Positions 1 to 11,667 of a stretch of 64,000 nt of DNA are shown here, one piece after another. The first letter of the stretch is position 1. Every line of letters starts with the position of its first letter. Under the pieces are notes generated by a model, which ran no database searches, was not told the DNA's origin, and saw only the letters and a list, made by a program, of their open reading frames with translations. The stretch is from NCBI GenBank assembly GCA_963849325.1, contig CAWKHF010000005.1, positions 512,001-576,000 on the forward strand, in the 5' to 3' direction. This DNA is from an uncultured Planctomycetota bacterium. Lineage in GTDB: Bacteria > Planctomycetota > Planctomycetia > Gemmatales > Gemmataceae. Made by a program: the position numbers and the translations under genes.

Positions 1-461
1 TCGGCCACCTGGATCAGCAGCACGTCGAGCGGCTCGATGCGGTAGGGCGGCTTCGGGATGATCCGCACGGCGTCAATAAAGAGGACGTCGGGCGGTTCGA
101 TAATGTAAGGCGGCAACGTGGTCTTGGCCAGTTCGCGCGGCAGGGGCGGCGGCGGTGGTGGACCGATGGGAGCGCCGTCCATGATTCCCGGCGGCGCGGG
201 CGGGGCGGACTCGCTGCCGCGATTGGGTGCCGCGGAGCGGCCCGAAGGGTTCCCTCCCCAGCCGCGCTCCTCGTCGGTGAAATCGCCCTTGGCGCGGGCG
301 GTGTCGGCGCCGGTCCTCCCCGTCGTGTTCTCGGGTCCGCCGGGCGAAGCGGGCTCGTCGGCCCGACCAACGACCGGGGCCGAACAGGCCAACAGACCCA
401 AGCCGAGAACCGCCGCCAGCCAGCTCCCCGAAGCCGGCCTGCCAACCCTGTTCCTTGCCAT
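1..461 (-). CDS. Polysaccharide biosynthesis/export (Wza-like) protein, 5' part; runs off the window
   Basis: Manual translation from ATG 461: signal peptide MARNRVGRPASGSWLAAVLGLGLLAC..., then PLPRELAKTTLPPYIIEPPDVLFIDAVRIIPKPPYRIEPLDVLLIQVA, typical of planctomycete Poly_export proteins. Not in the ORF track because it has no stop in the window. Confidence 0.8.
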   Translation of the reverse strand, partial: MARNRVGRPASGSWLAAVLGLGLLACSAPVVGRADEPASPGGPENTTGRTGADTARAKGDFTDEERGWGGNPSGRSAAPNRGSESAPPAPPGIMDGAPIGPPPPPPLPRELAKTTLPPYIIEPPDVLFIDAVRIIPKPPYRIEPLDVLLIQVA

Positions 462-925
462 CTCCCCACTCCTTGGTTTGTGGATGCCCCAGTCCATGGG
501 CCTGGAGACTAAACGTCCCAAGCCAAGCAGCCCCCGGCGCCGTCGCCGGCCTGACCGGCGGACGCCCCGCCGCTCCCCGTGCCGTCCTCAACCGATACCG
601 AAGTATCCAGCCGTGCGGCGGCCGCGGTGGGGCCTCTCTGCTCCCCGGCCCGGAAAGCCAACCCCCGGCCACGAAGGTCGAGGAACGCGGGTCTTCCGAG
701 CCGGCACGTGGAATATCCATCCGGGATGCCGGATCGACTTCCGAGCGCCTGATTGATCTGCATGTCGAGGGTGAGGGCTATATCCAGGGGACCACAAAAA
801 AACAAGAGGAGTTTTTGCTCCTCATCCCCATAAGGACGGGTTGTGCGGGTTCCAACGAGTCTGTCAATTCTTATGGATATTCACTCGGACGATGGCCGAT
901 GAAACCTAGCGAACATCCCATGCGG

Positions 926-989
926 GTTTCGCCACGACGCGCCGCAGAGCGCGGGACAGACCCGCGCTCCGCGGCGCGTCGCGGCTAAA
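926..989. repeat. REP-like palindrome, family A (second copy at 58167-58233)
   Basis: GTTTCGCCACGACGCGCCGCAGAGCGCGGG-ACAGA-CCCGCGCTCCGCGGCGCGTCGCGGCTAAA, an imperfect inverted repeat closely similar to 58167-58233. Confidence 0.8.
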
Positions 990-1243
990 GGGGGAACGAA
1001 AAGGGAAATCGTGTGAACATTGGGCTTGACTTGGAAGTTCGGCCCGTGTATCACCCCTCGCCGAATCGTGATAGTGCGAGCCAGCAGCAACAGGTCCGGG
1101 GTTTGTCCGGGAAGCAGCCCTTGGGACACTCGCGGCAGCGAGAGGGCTGCCCGTGCGGAGCACAGAGAAATTTGGGGGTTCTTGTCTCTCGGCGTCGCGG
1201 ACCAGCCCAGTTGGCTGCCGTCGCCGGAGAGGGGGAGAGGTAG

Positions 1244-2461
1244 ATGAACCGATTCACGGTATCTTTCGTCGTGCTGGCCGCAGCGGGCGGCTGCCTCGGG
1301 GTCGATCGGGATGATGCGTATTATGACGCGCCCCCGAAGACGATGGCCCAACCTTGGGTCAGCTCGCAATCGAGTTGGCGCAACTCGGATGGCAAGTCCC
1401 TTCAGGGCGGAGCTATAAACAGCGGATCGAGTACGACCGCCTACGCGCCCGCGACGACCTCGACGTCCCGAACGAGTGCCGCTTGGTCCGGCTCGTCCAC
1501 GACGACGGCGGCCAACTCTTCGTCGTCGTCGAAGCAGACGGCTTCCAAAGTCGATTACAATTCCGAACTGGTGCGGGCCACGTACACGACGGCGCCGACG
1601 GCGAAAAAAGCAAAGCGCGACGACCGCGGCGCGACGACCGCGACCGGCGGTGCTTCGACGGCGAAAAAGAGCGCGGACGTGCTGCCGCGGACGGTCGAGG
1701 CCAAGCTGCCCGCCGTCAACCTCGGCGTCTTGCGGCTGCTCAACAGCAAGCGCGTGACCTTCCATTACGAGGTCAAGGACCCCGGCACGTCCGGAGTGTC
1801 CACACTGGAATTGTGGGGCACCAAGGACCTGCGCACCTGGAAGAAGTATGAGCCGGTCGAGCGCAAGCCGGGTGCTCTGATCGTTGAGGTCAAGGACGAA
1901 GGGGTGTACGGCTTCTCGATGGTGGCGCGCGGCAAGGGCGAGGCGGCCAAGGACCAGCCGCCGCACGCCGGCGAGGCGCCGCAGGTGTGGGTGGCCGTCG
2001 ATACCACCAAGCCCGACGTTCGCCTGCTCGGCGCCGAGTTGAACATCATGTCCTCGGCACCGGGCCTGGTCATCCGCTGGACGGCCAAGGACCGCAACCT
2101 CGGGCCGCGTCCGATCACGCTGCTGTATGCGGAGCGCGCCGAAGGCCCGTGGTCGCCCATCGCGGCCAACGTGGACAACAGCGGCCGCTACGAGTGGTCG
2201 ATGCCGCCCTGCGTGCCGGGCAACGTCTACGTCCGCGTGCAGGCGACCGACCTGATGGGCAACGCCGGCCTGGCGCAGACGACGGTGTTGCACATCCCCG
2301 GCCGACCGACGGCGAGCGCTCATCGCAAGGAGTCGGCGACCACGGAGCCACCGCGACTGGTCAGCGTGCCGGAGCCGCCGACTGTCGAGCCGATGCTTCG
2401 TCCCGTCGCCGCCACCATGATCTGCCCGTCCGTGTCGATCCTGTCCGTGGACGGCGAGTAA
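1244..2461 (+). CDS. Putative lipoprotein with a Ser/Thr-rich linker and C-terminal beta-sandwich-like domains (planctomycete-type hypothetical)
   Basis: Intact 405-aa ORF with a GGAGAGG RBS, lipobox-like VLAAAGGC and an S/T-rich stretch; C-terminal EGVYGF...VDTTKP...IRWTAKD...GRYEW...VRVQATDLMGN. Confidence 0.7.
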   Translation: MNRFTVSFVVLAAAGGCLGVDRDDAYYDAPPKTMAQPWVSSQSSWRNSDGKSLQGGAINSGSSTTAYAPATTSTSRTSAAWSGSSTTTAANSSSSSKQTASKVDYNSELVRATYTTAPTAKKAKRDDRGATTATGGASTAKKSADVLPRTVEAKLPAVNLGVLRLLNSKRVTFHYEVKDPGTSGVSTLELWGTKDLRTWKKYEPVERKPGALIVEVKDEGVYGFSMVARGKGEAAKDQPPHAGEAPQVWVAVDTTKPDVRLLGAELNIMSSAPGLVIRWTAKDRNLGPRPITLLYAERAEGPWSPIAANVDNSGRYEWSMPPCVPGNVYVRVQATDLMGNAGLAQTTVLHIPGRPTASAHRKESATTEPPRLVSVPEPPTVEPMLRPVAATMICPSVSILSVDGE

Positions 2462-2467
2462 CGGTAT

Positions 2468-2536
2468 GGCGAACGGCCGGCGTCAGCCGGCTGGTTGAGG
2501 CGTACTCAACCAGCCGGCTGACGCCGGCCGTTCGCC
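2468..2536. repeat. Perfect 32-bp-stem palindrome (family B) between convergent genes
   Basis: GGCGAACGGCCGGCGTCAGCCGGCTGGTTGAG-GCGTA-CTCAACCAGCCGGCTGACGCCGGCCGTTCGCC. Confidence 0.9.
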
Positions 2537-5500
2537 GTTAGTTTGTGCAGACGAACGATCCAGGGCCGGGCCTCGTCGTTCCGGCCGCGCCGCCGCAAGC
2601 GGTCGATGTGGTGGGCCAGGTATTCCGGGTTGTCTCGGTCCAACCCCAGCAAATCGAGCATTTTTTCGTGGGCCGCGTCTTCGTTGCCGTCCATCTCATA
2701 CAGCTGCACCAGGCGGAGCAGTTCCTCGGAAGTGAACGGCTCGATTCGGCCCGACTCCTCTAGCTGTCGCAGGGCCGCGCTCCTCTCTCCCGCTCGGGTC
2801 GCATGTACGAGGAGACGGGCGCGGCGGCCGAAAACGGTGTCTTTCTCTGGTCGGGAATGGTCATCGAGCAGGGCCAGCGCCCGATCGTAGCCCCCCCTCA
2901 CCCTGCCCTCTCCCCCCGAGGGGGGAGAGGGTTGGGGTGAGGGGCCAAAGGCGAGGAGCAGGGCGAGCTGACGGCGGGCCCATGCCTGGTTCCCGGCGGC
3001 CACGTTCGCCTCCGAGGCGATCATGCGGCGCAACAGCGGCTCGGCCCGCGCGGGCTGGTTCAGACGCAAATGGAACTGCGCCGCGCGCTGAAGGACCAAG
3101 CCGTCCTCCGGCGTCTGCGCCAGCGCTCGGGAATAATGCTCGCCGGCGACGTCGCGTTGTCCCAACGTCTCGGCGCAGACGGCCAGGGCCAGGGGCATCT
3201 GGTCCGGCGGCAAGCGGCGCCGCATCTGCTCTCGAACATCCTCTGCCTCGGCTCGCTGCTCCGCTCGGGCCAGATGGGCGACCAGGGCGATCCACGTTTC
3301 GGCGAGGTCATCGCGTCGCCGCACCGCCTGGCGCAGCGCTTCTTCGGCCTCGGTCGGCTGTCCGGCCAGGGCCAGCGTCTGACCCAGCCAGATGAGTTTC
3401 GGATAATCGTTGCTGTCGGCCGGCACCGCCAGGCGCGCCAGTTCGGCCGCTCGCTCCGCATGGTGTTGCCGCAGGGCGATCTCCGCGCCGAGCCGAGCCA
3501 GTCCGGCCGGCGGCGCCTGCCGCTGCTGGAACTTGCGAATCACCTCGTCGGCGTCGTCGAGCCGGCCCTGCCCGACAAGGAGGCCGACCAGACGCTCGAC
3601 GACGCCCGGCCGTCGCTCGCCGGCGCGGAACGCACGCAGGTAGGCGTCGGCGGCGAGGGCCGACTCACCGTCCAACTCCCGGACATACGCCTCCAGCAAG
3701 GCGCCGCGCGACCAGTCCGGCCGGCGGCGGCGGATGTCCGCCACCAGTGATCGTGCCGCGTTCAAGCCGCTCGGATCGTCGCGCCGCGCGCAAGAGGAGC
3801 CGGGCCGCCTCGCCATAGCGCCACCATGTCCCCTCCTCGCCTTCCAGGCGGCGCACGTCCGCCGTCACCTCGGCGAGCAGGGTTTCGTCGCCGCCCTCCA
3901 GCGCCAATTCCAGCAGCGTCCGGCGCGAAGCAAGGTCCGCCGGCGCCCGTCCGGCGAGCAACCGGCATACTCTCTGTCCGTCCGCCGGCTCGCCGAGTTG
4001 AAAGTACGTCGCCGCCATCTGCTCCAGCAGGCGCGTCTGCTCGTCCGCCGGCAATCGATCCAGCTCCTTCTCGCGCTTCCGCAGAGACTCCCGCGCCGGA
4101 CGCGGGTCGCGCCCCGCCATCAATTCAACCTCCGCCCGGTACAGTTCGGGCCGCGAACCGAGACGGTGGCGCGCTTCGTCCAGGATGTGGGCGGAGCGCG
4201 CCGCCTGCCCCTGCTGCAGGGTCAGGTCGGCCAGGGCCATCGACAGCTCGGCTTGCTCCGGATGAGCGGCGATGGCCTGTTCGAGCAGGGTCTTGGGCCT
4301 CCTCGGGGCGGCCGTCGTCCACGAGGAGGTCGGCCCGCAGGATCGTGAGAGGGACTTCCAGGACCGGCAGACGCGCGGCGTGCTCCAGTACGCGCTGCAC
4401 TTCCGCGTGCGGCCGCTTGCGCGGCGGCAGCGAGCGGTTGCGTTGCACGAGGAGCCGGCCGAACAAGACCCAGCTCTCGTCCGGCGCCTGCGGCAGCTGG
4501 ACCGCCGCCCGGTACTGCTCCAGGGCGTCGTCGATCTGCCCAGCGTTTCGCAGTGCCGCGGCCAGACCCAGGCGGGCCGGCGCGGAGGACGGGTCCAGGA
4601 CGACGGCCTGGCGCAGCACGGCCAACTGACGGTCGCTATCGCCCAGCTGCTCGTGGCAGCGGCCGAGGGCGAGTCCTGCGCGACTGGCCACGGCCGGCGC
4701 TGGCGGGCGACTGCACGACTTCCTCCAGCGTGCGGATCGCCTCGTTCCATTGCCGTCGAGTCATCCGGAGTCGGCCGTCGAGATAATGGGCCAACCCCGG
4801 CGGAGCGCCGGCGCGGCGGAGTCGCTGAATCACCTCCTCGGCCGCGTGCTCGTCGCCGCTCTCCAGGAGCGTCTCGGCCAACAGGTGCAGCAATTCCGGC
4901 TGATCGGGCAGCGTCTCCAATCCCTGTCGCAGGCAGGCGACGGCATCGGATGGTTTATCGCACCTCAGCTCCAGCGCGGCCAGGGCAAGATGCAGGGCGA
5001 CGTGGCGCGGATTTTTCTCGCGACCATGCCGCAGACAGCGGCGTGCCTCGTCGAATTGGCCGCGCCGTCGCGCCAGCTCCGCCGCCGCCAGCAGGACGCG
5101 CGGCTCGTCGGGCGCCAGTTCGCGGGCGCGGTCCATGTCCCGGCCGGCGTCGGCCGGCGAGCCGTGATTCATGCGATGCCGTGCCCGCGCCAGGTACGCC
5201 TCGACGGAACGGCCATTGTTGGTCACCAGGTCGTCGAGGACACGGCCGACCTTCTCCGGTTGATCGACGCGGTACTGGAGCAGATCCGCCAGGCGAAGGT
5301 AAGCTCCCACCTGCGCCGGGTCATCGCGGAGGGCGTTCTGATAGGACGCGACCGCCCGCGGATAGTCTCCGGCCGCTTCCTGACATTGGCCGAGTAGCGT
5401 TTCGAGTTCGGCCTGCCCCGGCTGTTCGCGGAGCAGCACTTCCAGATGCCGGCTCGCCTCGGTGTACCAGCCCAGCCGCGCCGCCAGAAGCGCCAATCGC

Positions 5501-5835
5501 CGGCGGATGTCGTGGCGCGACGGCTCTTGATACAGGGCTTGCTCGTACACCGCCACGGTGCGCCAGCGCTCGTGGTTGGAAGTGGCGAGTTGTTCCAGGA
5601 TTTCGCCGTAGCGGACCCGTGTCGCGTTGTCCTTCGGCGCGAACACGAGATAGCGCCGCAGACGAACGATGGCCTGGTCGAGCCGTCCGTCCGCCTCGGC
5701 CTGGCACGCCTGGGCCAGCAGGGTGCGGGCGTGGCGCCGCATCTGCCAGGAGTGCAGCAGGAAGGTGGCGCCGGCCGTGACGGCCAGCGCGGCGAACAGG
5801 ATCGCCAGGAGCCGGTAATTGATCTGTTTTTTCAT
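2506..5835 (-). CDS. Large TPR-repeat protein with N-terminal membrane anchor (PrsT-like, PEP-CTERM-associated); frameshifted
   Basis: Successive frames 4636..5835, 4125..4691, 3665..4750 and 2506..3816 carry TPR helices (e.g. LLGQCQEAAGDYPRAVASYQNALRDDP); N-terminal TM; directly downstream of the PEP-CTERM gene. Confidence 0.8.
2894..2944. repeat. CCCTCTCCCCC..GGGGGAGAGGG palindrome (family C), in-frame inside the TPR gene
   Basis: Same element as the intergenic copies at 19713, 29023 and 55681; here it encodes PSPQPSPPSGGEGRVRG. Confidence 0.75.
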
Positions 5836-5843
5836 TGTGCGCG

Positions 5844-5947
5844 AGGGAATAGGGAATAGGGAATAGGGAATAGGGAATAGGGAATAGGGAATAGGGAATA
5901 GGGAATAGGCTTCTTCTCTATTCCCTATTCCCTATTCCCTATTCCCT
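5844..5947. repeat. Inverted heptamer arrays (AGGGAAT)x9 ... (ATTCCCT)x4
   Basis: Counted directly; fills the intergenic space between the PEP-CTERM and TPR genes. Confidence 0.95.
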
Positions 5948-5955
5948 CTTTCAAG

Positions 5956-7588
5956 TCAGGCGGTCGCGGCCATCGCCGTCTTGCGCCGCCACGCCAGCCA
6001 GAGCAACACCGGCACGCCGAGCAGGGCCGGCACCACGGCGGCGGGTTCGGGGACCACGTGGCCGTGTTGAGGATGCTGGTGCTGGTGCTGGTGCTGCTGC
6101 TGTTGCTGTTGTTGGATCTGTTGCTGCTCCAGGACAGCCTGTTGGGCTTGCTGGACATTCACCGTGACGGCGCCGGTTTGAACGGTTGTCGTCGGCACCT
6201 GCTGCTGAGCCTGTTGCTGGGCCTGTTGCTGGGCCGGCGTGCTGGAACTGGTGCCGGTGCTGTTGCCCATGCCGGCGCCGAAGGGGAAGAAGCCGAAGCC
6301 GCCGCCACCGCCGCCGCCACCGAAGCCGCCGCCGCCACCGCCGCCGCCGAAGCCACGGAGCAGACCGTTGCTGCCCGCGCCGATGGCGCCGACCCGTCCG
6401 CCCAGGGTGCCGGGCGCGGGCGGCAGACACGGCTCGCAACACAACGGCGTCGGCACCTGACCGTCCGCCAGCAGGTTGGACGCCCGGCCGTCCGCCACCG
6501 GCGCCGCCGCGCCGCGAGCCGGCGGCACGTTGCCGCGCACGCGCACGTCATCGTAGGCCGGCGGGCAGTTGGACGTGAAACCGAACAACGTGCTCCGCTG
6601 TCCCGGATGGGTGCCCGCCACGCCGGGCAGCAGGGGTTCCTCGGTCCAGTAGGCCACCACCGCCGGAGCGCGCCGCAGACCTTCCATCATGCCCACCGGA
6701 CCCATGCCGGCCATCGGTCCCAGTGGGCGGAAGGGACTGTAAAAGGGACTGGCGAGGTTGGCGGACGGCGCCATCGGCCCCATGATCGGCAGCATCCCCG
6801 GCAACATGCCTCCCGGTGCCATCAGGATCGGTGCTCCTTCAAAATTGGCCATCATTTGCAGCACGACCCGTTCCGGCTCGCGGCCGGTGTCCTCGCCGTC
6901 GGTCAAGGGCGCCGGCTTGTTGTTCAGTTGGATGCCCGAGACGCCGTAGGGCTTCGGCGGATGGAAGAACGGAGCGGGATTGCGATACAGTCCGTCCGAC
7001 ACGCCCGGATGATCGGTGGACACCGGCAGGACCATGCTTTTAGTTTTAGGATTTTTCGGGTCGAGTTGGTCGAATTCCATCGTGAAGCCCAGACCTCGCG
7101 TCGCCGCTTCGCCCTTCTTTTCCGCCTTTTCCGCGAAATGGCCCCAGGAAGTAATCAGGTGCGGCGGGATCAACAATCGAATGGCCGCGCTCTTGATCTG
7201 GGCATCGCGGTAGCTGTCGTTGATGACCTGGTAGGTGTACAGGAAACGCGCCGTCGTATCGAGCTTATCGGAGCCGCGGCCGCGCGACGCCTGCCCCGGC
7301 ACGAAGGCACGGGTGAAGTTTTTCACGCCGGTGCCCCACGGATCGTTGCCGTCGTCGCCGCCCAGCTCGTAGACGCGGAAATAAACCGTCGCGCCGATGG
7401 GCATGCCGTCCGCGCTCGTGGTCGGCGTCCTTGATGGGACCGGCCGGCCCGGTGGGCACGCCCGGCCGTGTATATCCGGTGAACTTCGTTAGCTCTTCCG
7501 CCCGCGCCGCGGACGGCGCCAGAGCGAGGACCAGGCCGAGCGCCAGTGCCCCACCCCTCCTCGACCGCTCTGCATTCATTGTTTTCAT
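5956..7588 (-). CDS. PEP-CTERM sorted surface protein; frameshift near 7410
   Basis: Signal peptide MKTMNAERSRRGGALALGLVLALAPSAARA-EE (frame 7265..7753) joins frame 5956..7404, which ends VPEP + hydrophobic helix + WRRK. Confidence 0.88.
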
Positions 7589-7752
7589 GGCCGCCGTTCT
7601 TTCTCGCAAGGTACACATGGGATGACCGGATTCGCTTCGCTCCCCGAGGAAAAGCCGTCTCCCGATTCCTGCCCCACCCGAATGATCCGTGCAACCTCCT
7701 GGGGCGACTGCCGGGACGGCACATCGACAGTCTGGTATCATTGGACACCCCA

Positions 7753-9147
7753 TTAGAGCACTTGCTGTTCCTTAACGTCTGTCAAGTAATATTTTGAACC
7801 CACCGACTCTACTTTTTTCTCTTCGCGCCGGTTTGGTGCCTCCCTCTGCACCACACATCCGTTTGGGGTGTACAGGTTCACTTGCGGAGTTAGTAAACCG
7901 CGCTTCGGTTCGTTAACATTTTGACGTCGCCATAATTTCGTCCATCCCAGAGCGGCGTAAATCATCAGGAAGGAGAGATTTGCGTCCCGGAAACGCGGAC
8001 TGCCCCAGAAAACAAGGGCCGTCCCGAGCGTCGCCAACATGACGCCATGCACGACCAGCCAGGCCGGTTGCCGGTACACGCGCTGACGCACGCATCCGGC
8101 CATGCCTATCAGGATCAACAGCAGAAAGGGCACATAACCGAGTATGCGCCAACACAAAAACCAGCGCGAACCACCATCGAAGTCCGGCAGCCACAAACAC
8201 AGCCGCGCCACCTTGTACACACCCAACAGCGGTACGGAACCGGGATGTTCGCGCAGCCAGTCGATTCCAAGCTTCCATTCCATCTGATCGTGGGCCACCT
8301 CCGTCGGCGTGGCCTCGACCCAATCGCGGTGCGGCAGTTCAGTCGTGGAGATCCAGCTGCCCAGCCGGCGGAATTCGTGGGCCACGCGCTCGTTGTTGCC
8401 GCCGTAGAAGGTGGAGCCGCCATTGGTGGCGACGAGCACGAACCGGCCGTGTACCTGCTGATTGCGGAGTGTCCACGGGGCAACACAGGCAAAAAAGGCG
8501 AACGAGAACACCATCGCCGGCAGCAGGCGCGGTCCCTTCCGCCGCCCCTGCGCGATGACGAGGACGGCGAGCAGAATGGGCCACAACAGAAGGGCAAACG
8601 GTCGTGTCAATGTCGCCCAGCTGAACGCCAGCCCCGCCAGAATCAGCAAGCTCCGCGAGTCGCGCCTCAAGGACAACAGGAACAGCCATCCTCCGAGCGT
8701 CAAGCATGGCACGAACAATCCTTCGGAGAGGAAGCCGGCGGAGAAATAAACGTGCGGCAAATAAAACGCCGCCATCACTCCGGCGATGCGGGCCGTGCCC
8801 TCTGGGACCAGTTCGCGCGCCAGCAGATACGTCAGCACGCATGCCAGCGCTCCGAGACCACACAACGCCACGTAGACCAGCGGAATGCAGGGACCGGCCA
8901 GTGTGTAGACGCCGGCCAGGAACAGCGGCCAACCCGGTGCCCGAAAGGACGTCGGCAAGCCCTGGTCGTTGACGTATCCCTCGCCCCGACTGACGCGCAG
9001 AGCGAGGTTGTTAAATTCCACATCGTCGGCCGAGGCGATGCCGCACGGCCCCTTGTTTGGGTCGCGCATCGCACAGACGAACGCCGCCCGCACGGCGAAC
9101 GAGACGACGAAAAGCAGCACGAGAAACGTCGAGGTCTTCCGGCACAT
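7753..9147 (-). CDS. GT39/ArnT-like polytopic membrane glycosyltransferase
   Basis: Multiple TM helices; SADDVEF, TSFRAPGWP, LSEGLF, LTRP, PWTLRN and PRFR motifs. Confidence 0.8.
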   Translation of the reverse strand: MCRKTSTFLVLLFVVSFAVRAAFVCAMRDPNKGPCGIASADDVEFNNLALRVSRGEGYVNDQGLPTSFRAPGWPLFLAGVYTLAGPCIPLVYVALCGLGALACVLTYLLARELVPEGTARIAGVMAAFYLPHVYFSAGFLSEGLFVPCLTLGGWLFLLSLRRDSRSLLILAGLAFSWATLTRPFALLLWPILLAVLVIAQGRRKGPRLLPAMVFSFAFFACVAPWTLRNQQVHGRFVLVATNGGSTFYGGNNERVAHEFRRLGSWISTTELPHRDWVEATPTEVAHDQMEWKLGIDWLREHPGSVPLLGVYKVARLCLWLPDFDGGSRWFLCWRILGYVPFLLLILIGMAGCVRQRVYRQPAWLVVHGVMLATLGTALVFWGSPRFRDANLSFLMIYAALGWTKLWRRQNVNEPKRGLLTPQVNLYTPNGCVVQREAPNRREEKKVESVGSKYYLTDVKEQQVL

Positions 9148-9166
9148 GATTATTCCCCATATTTGA

Positions 9167-9246
9167 ACCACGGATAACACGGATAAGAAAAACCGATTTG
9201 GTTATCTCTTGTTTTTTATCCGTGTTATCCGTGTAATCCGTGGTTA
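9167..9246. repeat. Inverted nonamer-repeat element (CACGGATAA units ... ATCCGTG units)
   Basis: AACCACGGATAACACGGATAAG...TTATCCGTGTTATCCGTGTAATCCGTGGTT; a related arm starts at 63981. Confidence 0.85.
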
Positions 9247-10400
9247 AATTATTAGAGTGAAGTCGAGCGCGTCGGCGATGCGACCACGCCAGTCGGCCTC
9301 GGCGGCCTTGACGAGGTTGTACATCTCGCGGGCCGTGACGTAGTGATAGTGAAAGCGCGGGTTCTCGCGGGCGCGGCGAGCCAGGTCTTCGTGGAAGCGG
9401 ACCATCGGCTCGCCGAGCAGGACGTCGTGATTGGCCTCGTCGCCGCCGTGCGTGTGCAGCTTGACGAAGAACCAATCCGGCCGCGACGGCACCTGCACGC
9501 GCGCTTGCAGCCAGCGGTCGAGCCGTTCGATGCACGCCGGCTGGCTGCCCTGGATGCAAGCGTTTTCCAGGCGCGGCAACAGGCCGAACTTGCGCCGGCC
9601 CCAATCCAGCAGCAGCGGACCTTGAATGAGCATCAGGGATCGCTCCGGCGCCGGCCCGGTCCCCACATCGATGCCGGTATCATGCGACTTCGGCTGGCAG
9701 GGATCATCGATTGCATAATAGATGCTGTTGATCTTGCGCGTCTGTGCCGCACTGGGGGCCGAGGGCAGCGTGAAGTCAGCGTAGCAGCCTGTTTCGCGTA
9801 GCACGTCCAATTCGTTGTTGACGCCGCAAAATCGGCCGTTCGGCTGCGAGTTGTCCAGCGCCCAGTTGCCGTGGATAAAGCCGTAGAGCAGTTCGCCCGT
9901 GAGGCGGTGGCGCGACAACAGACCGTGACGCTCGTGCAGCAACTTCTTGAAGGACAGCAGCGTTTGCCGCAAATTGTCGGCTGTGTCGCCGTCGTGGTGC
10001 AGATGGATTTCCACCTCGCCGAAACCTCGGCGGCATAGGTCCGCCAGGGCGTCGAGATACTCCGGCTCGTATTCCTCAATGGGGTAGAAGAAGGTGTGCC
10101 GCGGCGTGCGGCCGTCGCTGTCGCGGAAGCGGCCGAACTGTCGAGGATAGTCCTCGACCCAGCGGCGGACACGGGCGCGGCTGACGTCCGCGGCGCGGCC
10201 GATACTGCTTGGGTTCGTAATGGTCGGCGATGCACAGCAGCAGATGGACTTCCTCGTCCGGCCGCGGCCGGCGGCGGCGAGGTCTCTCGTTCAGATACGG
10301 CACCAGCCAGCGATCCACGCCGCGCCGGCGCAGCTTGCCACGACAGGCAGCCAAGCACGAGCGCCAGGACCGAGACCACACCAAGAAGGGCGATAAGCAT
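9244..10400 (-). CDS. Conserved EPS-cluster hypothetical protein, probable metal-dependent carbohydrate esterase/deacetylase-like; frameshifted
   Basis: N-terminal TM ([17 protein letters not shown]), then [35 protein letters not shown] and KLHTHG motifs across frames. Confidence 0.6.
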
Positions 10401-10418
10401 GATGATTGTTCCCTTCCA

Positions 10419-10499
10419 TTGAAAAATGAAAATTAAAAATTGAAAAATCAAAGACAGCTGGTGTTTTCATTCGGCATTCGGCATTCGGCATTCGGCATT
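10419..10499. repeat. Heptamer arrays: degenerate (TTGAAAA)n and (CATTCGG)x4
   Basis: Visible directly; the CATTCGG array overlaps the 3' end of the GT2 gene and translates as NAECRMP repeats. Confidence 0.85.
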
Positions 10500-11638
10500 G
10501 AATAAGCGGTCTTGTGCCAACTCTGTTCTGCCTTGCCCGACATCCAGACCCAGAACGCCAGCCAGGCGGCGCTGTTGAGGACCAGGAACGACCCGGCCGC
10601 CGAGGCCAGCCGCGACCGCGCAGCCACGGCCGGACACAAACCCAGAAGACCCAGCAGATAGAAGGCAGTCTGGGCGACGACGGTCATCCGGTAGAGTGGA
10701 CCCGGCAGCAGAGCACTGGCGATGAAAAGACCGGCGAGGGCCCACGGCACCAACAGACGGAGCAGCTTGTGCGAAACGAACTGGAGCCAGATCGGATTGC
10801 GTCCGGGCAGCAGTGCCACCGGCAGCCGCGTCGAGCAGCTGGAAGTTGCCGCTCAGCGTCCGTACCTTGCGGCGAAACTCGTCGCGCGTCCTCGACGGCA
10901 GCCGATCGTAAGCGATGGCGCGGCGGTCGTGGATGACGCGGAAACCTTGCAGCGCGACGCACAGCGGCCAGTAAACGTCATCGAGCAGCGTGCCCGGCGG
11001 GATGGCGCAGAACAGCTGCCGGCGCACGGCGCTGATTGCCCCGGTCGCGCCGACGACGGACCAGACGCGGCCCTCCAGCCGCCGCAGCATTTTCTCATAG
11101 CGCCAGTACAGCGCCACGCCGGCCAGCACGCCGTCGGCGTCGCGCAACAGCAGATCGCCGCTGACCGCGCCGACGCTCGGGTCGGCGAAGTTCTCCAGCA
11201 GCAAAAGCAAGGCGTCCGCCTCCCAGGTCTGCCGAATGTCGGCGAAGACAATGATTTCGTGCTCGGCCAGAGCGCAGCCCGCGTTCAGCGCCGCCGCCTT
11301 GCCCACGCGAGCCGGCAACTCGCGCACACGCACGTTGCTCTTGGTGTGCGCCGCGCCAGCGGCGCCGTGCCGTCGGTCGAGCCGTCCGAAACCACGATCA
11401 CCTCGCCGCTCAACCCGGATGCTTCCAGTAGGCCGGTCAACTCGGTCAAGCGCCGATCGACGTTTTTTTCCTCATTGTGAGCGGCGATAACGATCGACAC
11501 GGAGCGCGGCGGTGGGCCCAACGCACACACCGGCCGGCCGCGCCACCGGGCCAGCAGCGCCAGCAATAACGGATAGGCGACGTAGGTATAGACCACGCAG
11601 GCCGCACACAGCCAAAAGGCGATCTCGACGAAGCGCAT
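10448..11638 (-). CDS. GT2 family glycosyltransferase (membrane-bound); frameshifted
   Basis: VSIVIAAHNEE, VSDGSTDGT, GKAAALN, FADI, LLDD and EFRRKVR motifs; C-terminal TMs with SHKLLRL. Confidence 0.9.
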
Positions 11639-11667
11639 CACTGTTCCATCCGGGTGAGGTCCGGCCA

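Noticed and set aside
5844-5947. Possible CRISPR array
   Set aside because: Contiguous 7-mers with no spacers, and no cas genes in the window.
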